Positions 15,851-23,116 are shown, numbered from the stretch's first letter. The stretch: 24,000 bases of DNA from Candidatus Iainarchaeum sp. (GCA_020053055.1 JAGVNX010000025.1:20996-44995), one strand, 5' to 3'. The notes: generated by a model not told the origin, from the letters alone. Translations and numbers: made by a program.

Positions 15851-16615
15851 CTAAAGTGTTTGCTTAAACCACCTAATAATCTCTTCGGTAAATTGCTTTT
15901 TCCAGTTTTCATTAGTTAAGTTATGAGTGGCCCCCTTTATTTCAAATTTCTCTTTTTTTCTAACTCTTTTTGCTTTCAAATAATAGCCGTCTGAAATTTC
16001 AGCAGGGATGATATGGTCATTTTCCGAAGTTATAACTAATAGACTGCCAGAGAAATTTGAAATTGCTTTAACGGCTGGCGTATTACTCACATCACGCATA
16101 TTTTTGAATATTTTTTCTTCATTCACCATCAATTGGGAAAGGGTCATGTTCATCAGCTCATCTGAATACGTTGCCGGAACTCTCATCGCCAAGCTTTTCA
16201 CATTTCTTTGTGCGCAAACCAATGATGCTACAGCCGCCCCTACACTAACGCCACAAATACCAATTCTCTTTTCATCGATATTAGGTTGAGAAATAAGAAA
16301 GTCGTACGCGGTCAATCCATCATTCACCAAGTCGGAAACGGTTAATTTGTTGAAATTTCCTTCGCTTTTTCCATGGCCGCGCAAACTCAACGCCAAACCA
16401 ACAATTCCCTCTTTAGCTATCGTTTCGGCAATTGGAACATATTTTTCTTTGCTGCTTGTCATCCCGTGGAAAAAAATTACAGCAGGAAGTTTTTCTTTTG
16501 TAATAGAAGGTAAAATCAGCGATCCGTCAATTTTTTGGCCTTCACTTGAGAATGTAACGTCGATCATAAATTTTTTCCTTGATTTTCTTAATCGTTGGGC
16601 TAATGCTTTTGCCAT
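15851..16615 (-). CDS. Alpha/beta-fold hydrolase (dienelactone hydrolase / S9-like serine hydrolase)
   Basis: It has the oxyanion region VIFFHGMTSS, the nucleophile elbow G-V-S-V-G (ICGVSVGAAVA) and a C-terminal catalytic His context KGATHNL. The ATG at 16615-16613 lies 1 nt after the tRNA discriminator base. Confidence 0.8.
   Translation of the reverse strand: MAKALAQRLRKSRKKFMIDVTFSSEGQKIDGSLILPSITKEKLPAVIFFHGMTSSKEKYVPIAETIAKEGIVGLALSLRGHGKSEGNFNKLTVSDLVNDGLTAYDFLISQPNIDEKRIGICGVSVGAAVASLVCAQRNVKSLAMRVPATYSDELMNMTLSQLMVNEEKIFKNMRDVSNTPAVKAISNFSGSLLVITSENDHIIPAEISDGYYLKAKRVRKKEKFEIKGATHNLTNENWKKQFTEEIIRWFKQTL
16597..16612. repeat. Inverted repeat arm 2: GGGCTAATGCTTTTGC
   Basis: It is the reverse complement of 15817-15832. 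It encodes codons 2-6 (AKALA) of the hydrolase. Confidence 0.85.
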
Positions 16616-16628
16616 TTAGCCCCGGAGA
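16614..16628. repeat. Direct repeat copy 2: ATTTAGCCCCGGAGA (within the tRNA-Gln 3' end)
   Basis: It is identical to 15793-15807. It covers the last 12 nt of the tRNA (T-stem 3' strand, acceptor 3' strand, discriminator) plus 3 nt of trailer. Confidence 0.85.
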
Positions 16629-16712
16629 GATTCGAACTCCCGTTTTCGCCTAGCTCCCTGTATTTTGAATACTCTCAGAGGGCGAAGTGCTTGGCCGCTA
16701 CACTACGGGGCT
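16617..16712 (-). tRNA. tRNA-Gln (anticodon CUG) with a 23-nt intron at the canonical 37/38 position
   Basis: Hand-folded structure:
- Acceptor AGCCCCG/CGGGGCT (A1-U72, as in archaeal tRNA-Gln).
- D arm GTGT/GCAC.
- Anticodon stem TCGCC/GGCGA.
- Loop C-T-CTG-A (anticodon at 16676-16678).
- T arm GGGAG-TTCGAAT-CTCTC, discriminator A.
The intron is 16652-16674 (GAGTATTCAAAATACAGGGAGCT). It can form a 4-bp helix (CUCU/GGAG) flanked by two 3-nt bulges that hold both splice sites, i.e. BHB-like. No CCA is encoded. Confidence 0.85.
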
Positions 16713-16723
16713 ATTGTAAGAAA

Positions 16724-17655
16724 TTAACTAAGTAACATATTTAACTTTTTCCTCTTAACGGGGTGGTCGAAACCTATTAGCATACTGAATTTTTTTAGGC
16801 TTTCTTTTTGCTGGATTCTTATTGTATATAATGGCAAATATTTGTTTGATTTAACCCATTTATTTTTATTGGTAAAAATCTCTTGTTGTTGTAATAACAA
16901 AAAAACCTGTTCAACTATGCCTTTGCTTGTGCTTGAGAAACTGGCCCATCTTTTAGTGACTGTTCCGTCAGAATCAAATAAGCCTTTAATGCAGGCATTT
17001 ATAATTTCTGCTTTGCCGCAATTTGCAATTCTGTTGGGGATTATTATTTTATCTGCCTTTTTGCCAGCCGCAATTTTGAAAAAAGATCTAAAAAACCACT
17101 GAACAACTTTTGAATAAAAATAGCATTCATAATAATGTTTCTTTGAAAAATAGAACTTTGGTTCTGTTTCGAAGTTGTCCTTGATTATTCTTTGATATTT
17201 TTGCATATGCTCGAAATTATCGAAGTAGACTGCGATTGCCCAATTCCGGTTTTATTAACTGTATCGCCTGCCAAATGGCCATCGCCAAGGATTAAGCCGA
17301 TAGCATAAGCCAAATCAGGAGTCAGCATTTTGGGAAATTTTAAATTCTGCCTATTTCGGTTGGTTCTTTGCACTGTAAACCTAATTGTTTTGCCCCAAAT
17401 TTTTTTCAAAATTTTGTGTCGGAGGTTCTGAGGAACTAATGCTAAAAGTGTGTTGAATTTTTTAAGATGAATTGGGATTCTGCCAGTGCGGGTTTCTTTT
17501 ATCGTAGAATAGGATACTTTACTGAGCCTGGCTGCTTTTGTGCTTCCGCCGAGATAATCTGTAAGTTCGCAAATTTCTTCTTTCAGTCCTGACAGATAAA
17601 TAGCTTCATTGAGCCAATCTTTTTGTATATCAAAAATATTCAAATCCGTCTTCAT
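16724..17655 (-). pseudogene. Free-standing HTH + double-motif LAGLIDADG homing endonuclease, split by a frameshift
   Basis: Two overlapping ORFs, 17185-17655 and 16724-17206. The first motif is AYAIGLILGDGHL and the second is IKGLFDSDGTV. The N-terminus has an HTH-like segment (STKAARLSKVSYSTIKETR). Adding one A to the run at 17250-17253 (T4 on the plus strand) gives a continuous ...GDTVNKNRNWAIAVYFDNFEHMQKY... reading frame. Confidence 0.7.
16737..16750 (-). promoter_or_regulatory. BRE/TATA-like promoter for tRNA-Gln, embedded in the 3' end of the endonuclease ORF
   Basis: The minus strand reads AAAAAG-TTAAATAT, and the TATA element ends 24 nt upstream of tRNA position 1 (16712). This is typical archaeal promoter spacing. 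Confidence 0.45.
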
Positions 17656-17710
17656 TTTATTATTGAGATTATTCTTGACTTAATCTTTTTGAGTCTGTGT
17701 TTCCGCTGTT

Positions 17711-18409
17711 TTATTTGCCGAATTTTCTTTGCCTTGCATAGTATTCTTTTATTGCTGAATCCAGGTCTGTTTGGCTTATTTCTGGCCAGTTTTTTTCCAA
17801 AAAGTATAATTCTGAGTATGCGCTTTGGTATGTCAAAAATCCGCTCAAGCGCTGTGTTCCGGATGTTCTTATTATTAAATCCGGGTTTTGGAAATCTGCG
17901 TACAAGAATTTTTGGAATGTGCTTGTTGTGAGTTCTGCCAGCTTGATTGTGCCTTGTTTGTATTGTTCTGCTATTTTTTTTGCTGCATCAATTATTTCTA
18001 TTTGCCCGGTGTATCCTATTGCAAGGTTCATTCTTTTGTTTTTGAAGTTTTCAGTGAATTTTTCAGTATCCTCTATTTTTTCGCAGAGTTTTTTTGGAAG
18101 CAGATCTGTTCTGCCTATGACTTTCATTTTTATTTGGTTTTTTTCAAACAATCCGGATTTTTTTATTTTGTCTAATTCTTTTTCAAAAATTTTGTATAAC
18201 AATTGGAGTTCTGTTTTTTTTCTCTGCAAATTTTCAAGCGACAGCGTATAAAATGTCCCTGTTTTTATTTCAGGATAGTTGTTTAGCCAGTCGAATACTT
18301 CCCAGGCTTTTTTTGTGCCTATTCGATACGCTTCGAACAGCCCGATTCCTTGTTTTTGTGCGAATCTCCTGTTTCCGTCCGGAATAAATGCTATTGAATT
18401 CAACGCCAT
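17711..18409 (-). CDS. uppS: Cis-prenyltransferase (undecaprenyl/dolichyl-type polyprenyl diphosphate synthase, UppS family)
   Basis: It has the FIPDGNRRFA motif (DGNRRxA) and the C-terminal IRTSGTQRLSGFLTYQSAYSELYFLEKNWPE (RTSGE.RLS.FL.WQ..Y.E..F....WP). Confidence 0.9.
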   Translation of the reverse strand: MALNSIAFIPDGNRRFAQKQGIGLFEAYRIGTKKAWEVFDWLNNYPEIKTGTFYTLSLENLQRKKTELQLLYKIFEKELDKIKKSGLFEKNQIKMKVIGRTDLLPKKLCEKIEDTEKFTENFKNKRMNLAIGYTGQIEIIDAAKKIAEQYKQGTIKLAELTTSTFQKFLYADFQNPDLIIRTSGTQRLSGFLTYQSAYSELYFLEKNWPEISQTDLDSAIKEYYARQRKFGK

Positions 18410-18537
18410 GTTTCCACTTTTTTAAATTAGTTTTATTTTTTGTTTAATTAATTGGGGGCAATAATTATTTATTAAGCGTGTTTTTTGTTTAAAAAGATAT
18501 TCTTTAATAATACAAAATTCAAATTATTATTGTTTTT

Positions 18538-18708
18538 ATGCAGCATCTTAAAAAAAACAGGGAAAAAGATTTTGAATTGGATGTTCTTGAAAATCCCAAT
18601 AACCCAAAAGAGGCTCCAAGGCTTGATTTGAACATAAGCCCGGAGAGGATTAAATTGCTTTTGGAGGAAATAAAAGTCCCTCCGCTCAAAATGCTGAAGG
18701 AAAAATAA
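18538..18708 (+). CDS. Small hypothetical ORF (56 aa), below the ORF-track cutoff
   Basis: ATG...TAA translates to MQHLKKNREKDFELDVLENPNNPKEAPRLDLNISPERIKLLLEEIKVPPLKMLKEK. Its composition is more protein-like than the overlapping low-complexity 82-aa minus-strand ORF. It sits just upstream of the DUF192 gene on the same strand. Confidence 0.35.
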   Translation: MQHLKKNREKDFELDVLENPNNPKEAPRLDLNISPERIKLLLEEIKVPPLKMLKEK

Positions 18709-18726
18709 TTTTTTTTGTGGCTTTCT

Positions 18727-19086
18727 ATGCTCTTAAACAAATCAAATTCAAAAAAAATAATTTTCAAAGTCCGGATTGCCGATACTTCCTGGAAAAGGCT
18801 CAGGGGCTTGATGTTTGAAAACCAGGCTTTGTTTGATTATGCGCTTGTTTTTAATTTGCCAAGGGAATCTGTTTTGCAAGCCACTATTCATATGCTTTTT
18901 GTTTTCTTCCCTATTGATGTTGTTTTTCTTGACAAAAACAGGAAAGTTGTTGATGTTATAAAAAGCCTCTTGCCGTTCACCCCAAGTTGTTCCCCAAAAA
19001 AGCCCGCAAAGTTCTTGATAGAATTGCCTGCCGGCAAAGCCAATGGCATAAAAGAAGGTGATGAATTGGACTGGCACGAGGATTAA
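18727..19086 (+). CDS. DUF192-family protein (COG1430-like)
   Basis: ADTSWKRLRGLMF...ALVFNLP...IHMLFVFFPIDVVFLDKNRKVV...IELPAG follows the DUF192 pattern (A.T...R..GLM.r, M....PLD..F.d). I prefer the ATG at 18727 over the TTG at 18715. Confidence 0.7.
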   Translation: MLLNKSNSKKIIFKVRIADTSWKRLRGLMFENQALFDYALVFNLPRESVLQATIHMLFVFFPIDVVFLDKNRKVVDVIKSLLPFTPSCSPKKPAKFLIELPAGKANGIKEGDELDWHED

Positions 19087-19099
19087 GCCAAAAATCAGT

Positions 19100-19279
19100 T
19101 CAAGTTCTTGTTTCTTCTATGTATCCTTCTTTGCATTTTTCAGAGCAAAAATTTTGAAACCACAAGTGTGTTCCTTCGTTTTCAAGTTGTTTTCCGCACT
19201 GAAGGCAAAATTTTTGCTTTTGGCCAGGCAAAATTCTCTTGTTGCTATTGCTTTTCTTAATATACCTGTCAAGATCCAT
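19100..19279 (-). CDS. Small zinc-ribbon protein (59 aa), TRASH/FCS-like C-x2-C...FCS-x2-C
   Basis: Hand translation: MDLDRYIKKSNSNKRILPGQKQKFCLQCGKQLENEGTHLWFQNFCSEKCKEGYIEETRT, ATG to TGA. It has four Cys in a CxxC-x16-CxxxC pattern. It falls below the 60-aa track cutoff and replaces the implausible plus-strand ORF 19058-19318. Confidence 0.5.
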   Translation of the reverse strand: MDLDRYIKKSNSNKRILPGQKQKFCLQCGKQLENEGTHLWFQNFCSEKCKEGYIEETRT

Positions 19280-19535
19280 TTTATCCCACTTATAGCGTAT
19301 AACTTAATAATAATCTAAAACAAGGATTAATTAAAATATTGTCTATTGGTTATTGCTTTAAAAAACAAACCCGGCTTATACTGCGATTGACGAAAAAACA
19401 ATCGTCATTTTATGAATTTTTTGGCTTGCTTTTTTTAGTTTTTTGAACCAACGTGTTTTTTATACTACTTTGCATTTAATATCTTGGTGGGTTGAATATC
19501 ACCCCCGAATTCTGTACATAGAAGGCAAAAGGCAA

Positions 19536-19585
19536 AGGAGGAAAGTTAAACTCTAATTCTTTTAACTTTCCTCTTATTTTATTTA
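19536..19585 (+). terminator. Strong hairpin (15-bp stem, 10-nt loop) followed by a T-rich tract, in an ORF-free 325-nt spacer
   Basis: AGGAGGAAAGTTAAA (19536-19550) pairs with TTTAACTTTCCTCTT (19561-19575): 14 Watson-Crick pairs plus one G-U. TATTTTATTT follows. No plus-strand gene ends nearby, since DUF192 stops at 19086. Confidence 0.45.
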
Positions 19586-19645
19586 AAGTTTTTCCTGTTT
19601 GAATATGAGCAATATTTATTAATCCAGACTTCTATATTCTAATTT

Positions 19646-20248
19646 ATGGGTTTTCTGCAATTAATTTCAACGGGATTTGAAAGGCTGGTTTTGGGCTTGA
19701 ATTTCTATGCGTTTGCAGTTTCAAGCGTGTTCAAAGGCACTATTATTTCCCCATTCGCGCGGATTACTTTTTATAATAACATTAAAATTGGCAAAAACTG
19801 TAGAATTTCTTCGGGCTGTGTTTTCAGGGTCCCTAAAACAGCCCGCTTGGTTATTGGAAACAATTGCGATTTCAGGGAATATTCCCAAGTGCTTTGCAGG
19901 GAAGGCCAAACAACAGAATTTGGCGATAATTGCCTGATCCAATCATTCAGCTTTGTTTCAGATAATGCCAAAATTGGCAATAATGTGATTCTTGCCCCGC
20001 ATTCAGTTATTATTGCCGCTACCCACAATTTTGGTTCCATTGAAATTCCAATTTTAAAACAAGGTTCTAACACCAGCCCAATTGAAATCGGCAATAATGT
20101 CTGGATAGGGACGCATGCAATTATTCTCGGGCCATCCAAAATCGGTTCGGATTCAATAATAGGCGCAGGAACTTTTGTAAAAGGAGATATTCCTGAAAAA
20201 TCAATTGTAAAAGGCGAAAGGAAATTAACAATTACAAAAAGGCATTGA
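19646..20248 (+). CDS. Left-handed beta-helix (hexapeptide-repeat) acetyltransferase, sugar O-/N-acetyltransferase type
   Basis: It has tandem hexapeptide repeats, e.g. IGNNVILAPHSVII and IGNNVWIGTHAIILGPSKIGSDSIIGAGTFVKGDIP. The TATA-like ATATTTATTA sits about 26 nt upstream of the ATG, suggesting a near-leaderless mRNA. Confidence 0.85.
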   Translation: MGFLQLISTGFERLVLGLNFYAFAVSSVFKGTIISPFARITFYNNIKIGKNCRISSGCVFRVPKTARLVIGNNCDFREYSQVLCREGQTTEFGDNCLIQSFSFVSDNAKIGNNVILAPHSVIIAATHNFGSIEIPILKQGSNTSPIEIGNNVWIGTHAIILGPSKIGSDSIIGAGTFVKGDIPEKSIVKGERKLTITKRH

Positions 20249-20275
20249 ATTCTTTTTTTCCAAGGTTTTTCTCTT

Positions 20276-21919
20276 TTAGAGAAAAAGCTTTTTTACTATT
20301 TTTCTCAGGAATTCAATCCTGAAGCCTGTTTTTCTTTCAATTGCAACCAATACTTCCAAATCTTCTTTTTCAAAGCATTTCAATGCAAGGAAAAACAGTG
20401 CATAAATCGGCAGGAACACAAGGCCGGTTACCAGGGCAGGCATTATTCCCGTGCCAGTGATTCCGGATATTAATTTGCCGATTATTGGAATGCCTGCGCC
20501 AAAAAGCTTGGCGCTTGCAGCCATGAATGCATTGATTCCGGCCTGAGTTATTGGCAGGGTTGCCAGCAAAAAGGCAATTGCTGTTCCGCTTATGCCTGCC
20601 AAAACAATTTTGAAGTATGTTTTTGTAAAAGGCTGTATCCTGAAAAGCCAGTGCAATTCAATTATGCCCAAGGCGCCCCAGGCAATGTAAGCTATTGCTG
20701 TTCCGATTGCAGCGCCTATTTGTGCGGAATTGCTTTGCATGAACAAAGGAATCAGGATTATATCAAGCACGGCAACAGTTACCCCTGCAATTATTGCATT
20801 AAACAGGGTTAGCTTTGTTTTTCCCGCGGCTATTAATGTTTGCTGGGCAGGGCCTGTTACTGCATAAAACAGAAACCCTGTGAGAAGAATGCTCATTGCC
20901 AATGCGCTGTTTGCATAGGCTTTTCCAAAAAACAGTATTTGGACAGGCTCTGCAAACAAAACCAGCAGCAATGAAAGTGGCAGTACCATTGCAAGAGTCC
21001 ATCTCGCAAGGGCATTGTAAATTTTTTTGAATTCTGCAAATTTTTCAAGTGCAAAATAGCTTGTTGCAATCGGAATCCCAAGAACAGCCATTATTTCAAC
21101 AGGAGTCAAGCCAAGCCTTGCAGTGTCAAGCGCAACACTGTAAATCCCTGTATTGTATGCTGGCGCAAAAAAGCCGAGCAGCAGCACATCGCAAATTGCA
21201 AGCACTGCCGAAAAAAGCCCCATTAAAAACAATGGCATTGAAAAAACCAGCATTTCTTTGCTGACAAAAATTGTTTTTATTTTTGAGTTCAGGGAAAAAA
21301 CTTTTTTTTCAAGGAAAAAAAACGCAAAAACAAGGCCAATTGCCTCGGAAAAAATAAATGTAAGGACTGCCCCGGTTAAGGTTAAGCCGGCGTAAAAAAA
21401 CCCCGCCAAGAGAATTATTTTTGCAATAATTTGTATTATCCTCCTGATATAAATCTTGTATTGGATTTTTTTGAATCCGTCCATTGCAAGCATAAGGTCT
21501 GATGCAATCAAGGAAACAGGCACGACAAAAGCCAATAATTTCAGCAAAAATCCAAGTTCGGGTTTTGAAAAAAAAGCAATTGCAATCCAGTCTGACAAAA
21601 AGAAAACAGTGATTCCAATTGCAATTGAAGAAACAATGTGAATTCTGATTGTTGAAAGAATGCTTCCCTTTACTCTTTCCAAATCTTTTTTTTCTTTGTA
21701 AAAGGCAACAAATCTTGTCAGGGAATCAGCTATGCCAATGTTTGCAATTATTCCAAAAAGCCCTATGACTGCAGTTGCAATAAAAAACAGCCCCAGTTCC
21801 GAAGGAGTAAGTATTCTTGCCAAAAAAATGTTGAAAAAATAGCCAAGTATCTTGCTTGCAATAACGCCCAAGGCCATTAATGCAGCGCCTTTTACAATTA
21901 GGTTTAAGTCTGCTTGCAT
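20276..21919 (-). CDS. MOP-superfamily polysaccharide/oligosaccharide flippase (Wzx/AglR-like)
   Basis: It is polytopic (about 14 hydrophobic segments). The N-terminal LIVKGAALMALGVIASKILGYFFNIFLARIL is typical of Wzx/polysaccharide biosynthesis proteins. I prefer the ATG at 21919 over the TTG at 21964. Confidence 0.8.
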   Translation of the reverse strand: MQADLNLIVKGAALMALGVIASKILGYFFNIFLARILTPSELGLFFIATAVIGLFGIIANIGIADSLTRFVAFYKEKKDLERVKGSILSTIRIHIVSSIAIGITVFFLSDWIAIAFFSKPELGFLLKLLAFVVPVSLIASDLMLAMDGFKKIQYKIYIRRIIQIIAKIILLAGFFYAGLTLTGAVLTFIFSEAIGLVFAFFFLEKKVFSLNSKIKTIFVSKEMLVFSMPLFLMGLFSAVLAICDVLLLGFFAPAYNTGIYSVALDTARLGLTPVEIMAVLGIPIATSYFALEKFAEFKKIYNALARWTLAMVLPLSLLLVLFAEPVQILFFGKAYANSALAMSILLTGFLFYAVTGPAQQTLIAAGKTKLTLFNAIIAGVTVAVLDIILIPLFMQSNSAQIGAAIGTAIAYIAWGALGIIELHWLFRIQPFTKTYFKIVLAGISGTAIAFLLATLPITQAGINAFMAASAKLFGAGIPIIGKLISGITGTGIMPALVTGLVFLPIYALFFLALKCFEKEDLEVLVAIERKTGFRIEFLRKIVKKLFL

Positions 21920-21979
21920 ACTATCTGCTTTGTTTAAAGTGTTTTTTAAATTCCATTGGTTCAAAGGGCAAACATATAA

Positions 21980-23116
21980 TCATATCATTTTAAGCAGGTC
22001 CGGAAGCAGGCTCCAAAGCTTTGGGCTGCGCAGCATTTTTCCCGTGAACCTGCTTGGATTGTCCATGTCTCCGTGTTCCTGCAAAAATTCTTCTATGCCG
22101 GCTTTTTTTGCTTTTAAAAAAAAATCGTCAATTTTTTGTTTTTCCAAACTGTTCAAATAAGACTTGATTTTCCAGTGCATTGCAAGCTCTTTGTTTATTT
22201 TGGAAAGTTTTTTGTTGTAATCCGAAAGTTTTTTCCTGTTTTTAATGTGCGCGATTATTGTATCACTGCAGGCTTTTGCTGCCTGCAAACCAGCTATTAT
22301 GCCTCCGCCAGTTGTTGCTTTTGCATGAAAACCAGCGTCTCCAACGAGCAGAGTGTTTCCAAAAACAAGATTCTGCATTGGCTTTCCAATCGGAATCATT
22401 GCGCTTGACTTGTCAAGAACATCCAGCACCAATCCTTTTTTTTCAACAAATTTTTTCAAATTATCAGCGGGATTTTCGTTCATTTGCGTTGCAAGGCCTA
22501 TTCTTGCAATGCTGTTGTTTTCCGGAATAATCCATGCAAACAGGCCTTTTGCGTTTTCGTCAAAATAAACTTCGACCATTTCCGGATTAAAAATTCCTTT
22601 TGCCCTGATTTGGTATGCGTGGACAAAATTTTCCTGTTGGATTTCCGGGGCAACAACATGCCTTACAATTGAAGAGACTCCGTCAGCCCCGACTATTATG
22701 CCTGTTTTTTTTAGTTCTCCGTGGCCATGGCTTTCCAAAAACAGGGAATTTTTTCTAATGTCAATAAGCTTTGTGCTTAATTGCACCTGAATGTTTTCTT
22801 TCAAGGCTTTTTTGTAAAACGCCTGGTCAAATTTGTACCTGTCAACTACAAGAGCAATCGGCTCCTTTTTTTTGATTGACAATTCTATTCCGCTTGGAGA
22901 AAAAAGCCTTGCGCCTTTTATCTCGTTCACAAAGGATTCTTCAATGTTCAAGCCAAGCTCTTTGCAGCCTGTTTTTGAAATCAAGCCTGCGCACTGCACT
23001 GGTTTTCCGATTTCCCTGTGTTCCTCTATAATGTCTACATCCAGGCCGTTTTTTTTAAGGTTTATTGCAGTCTGCAAGCCAATTGGCCCTGCTCCCACAA
23101 TAGTAATCATGCTCAT
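21980..23116 (-). CDS. FAD-dependent geranylgeranyl reductase family oxidoreductase
   Basis: The N-terminal dinucleotide-binding motif is ITIVGAGPIGLQTAINLKKNGLDVDIIEE. It also has IVGADGVSSIVR and LVGDAGFHAKATTGGGI (the GD motif) of GGR/FixC-type flavoproteins. I prefer the ATG at 23116 (or 23110) over the TTG at 23140. Confidence 0.85.
   Translation of the reverse strand: MSMITIVGAGPIGLQTAINLKKNGLDVDIIEEHREIGKPVQCAGLISKTGCKELGLNIEESFVNEIKGARLFSPSGIELSIKKKEPIALVVDRYKFDQAFYKKALKENIQVQLSTKLIDIRKNSLFLESHGHGELKKTGIIVGADGVSSIVRHVVAPEIQQENFVHAYQIRAKGIFNPEMVEVYFDENAKGLFAWIIPENNSIARIGLATQMNENPADNLKKFVEKKGLVLDVLDKSSAMIPIGKPMQNLVFGNTLLVGDAGFHAKATTGGGIIAGLQAAKACSDTIIAHIKNRKKLSDYNKKLSKINKELAMHWKIKSYLNSLEKQKIDDFFLKAKKAGIEEFLQEHGDMDNPSRFTGKMLRSPKLWSLLPDLLKMI

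Larger units (their letters stand above)
15808..16613 (-). mobile_element. Candidate single-gene insertion cassette (alpha/beta hydrolase) at the tRNA-Gln 3' end
   Basis: It is bounded by the 15-nt direct repeats (15793-15807 and 16614-16628). It carries 16-nt near-terminal inverted repeats (15817-15832 and 16597-16612). No transposase or integrase lies inside it. Confidence 0.4.

Noticed and set aside
18519-19318. ORFs 18519-18767 (-), 18748-19077 (-) and 19058-19318 (+)
   Set aside because: Their translations are low-complexity. They are antisense to DUF192 and to the better-supported small ORFs (the 56-aa ORF and the zinc-ribbon ORF).
19707-20139. ORFs 19707-19937 (+), 19721-19942 (-) and 19771-20139 (-) within the acetyltransferase locus
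   Set aside because: They are alternative-frame or antisense to a clear hexapeptide-repeat protein.
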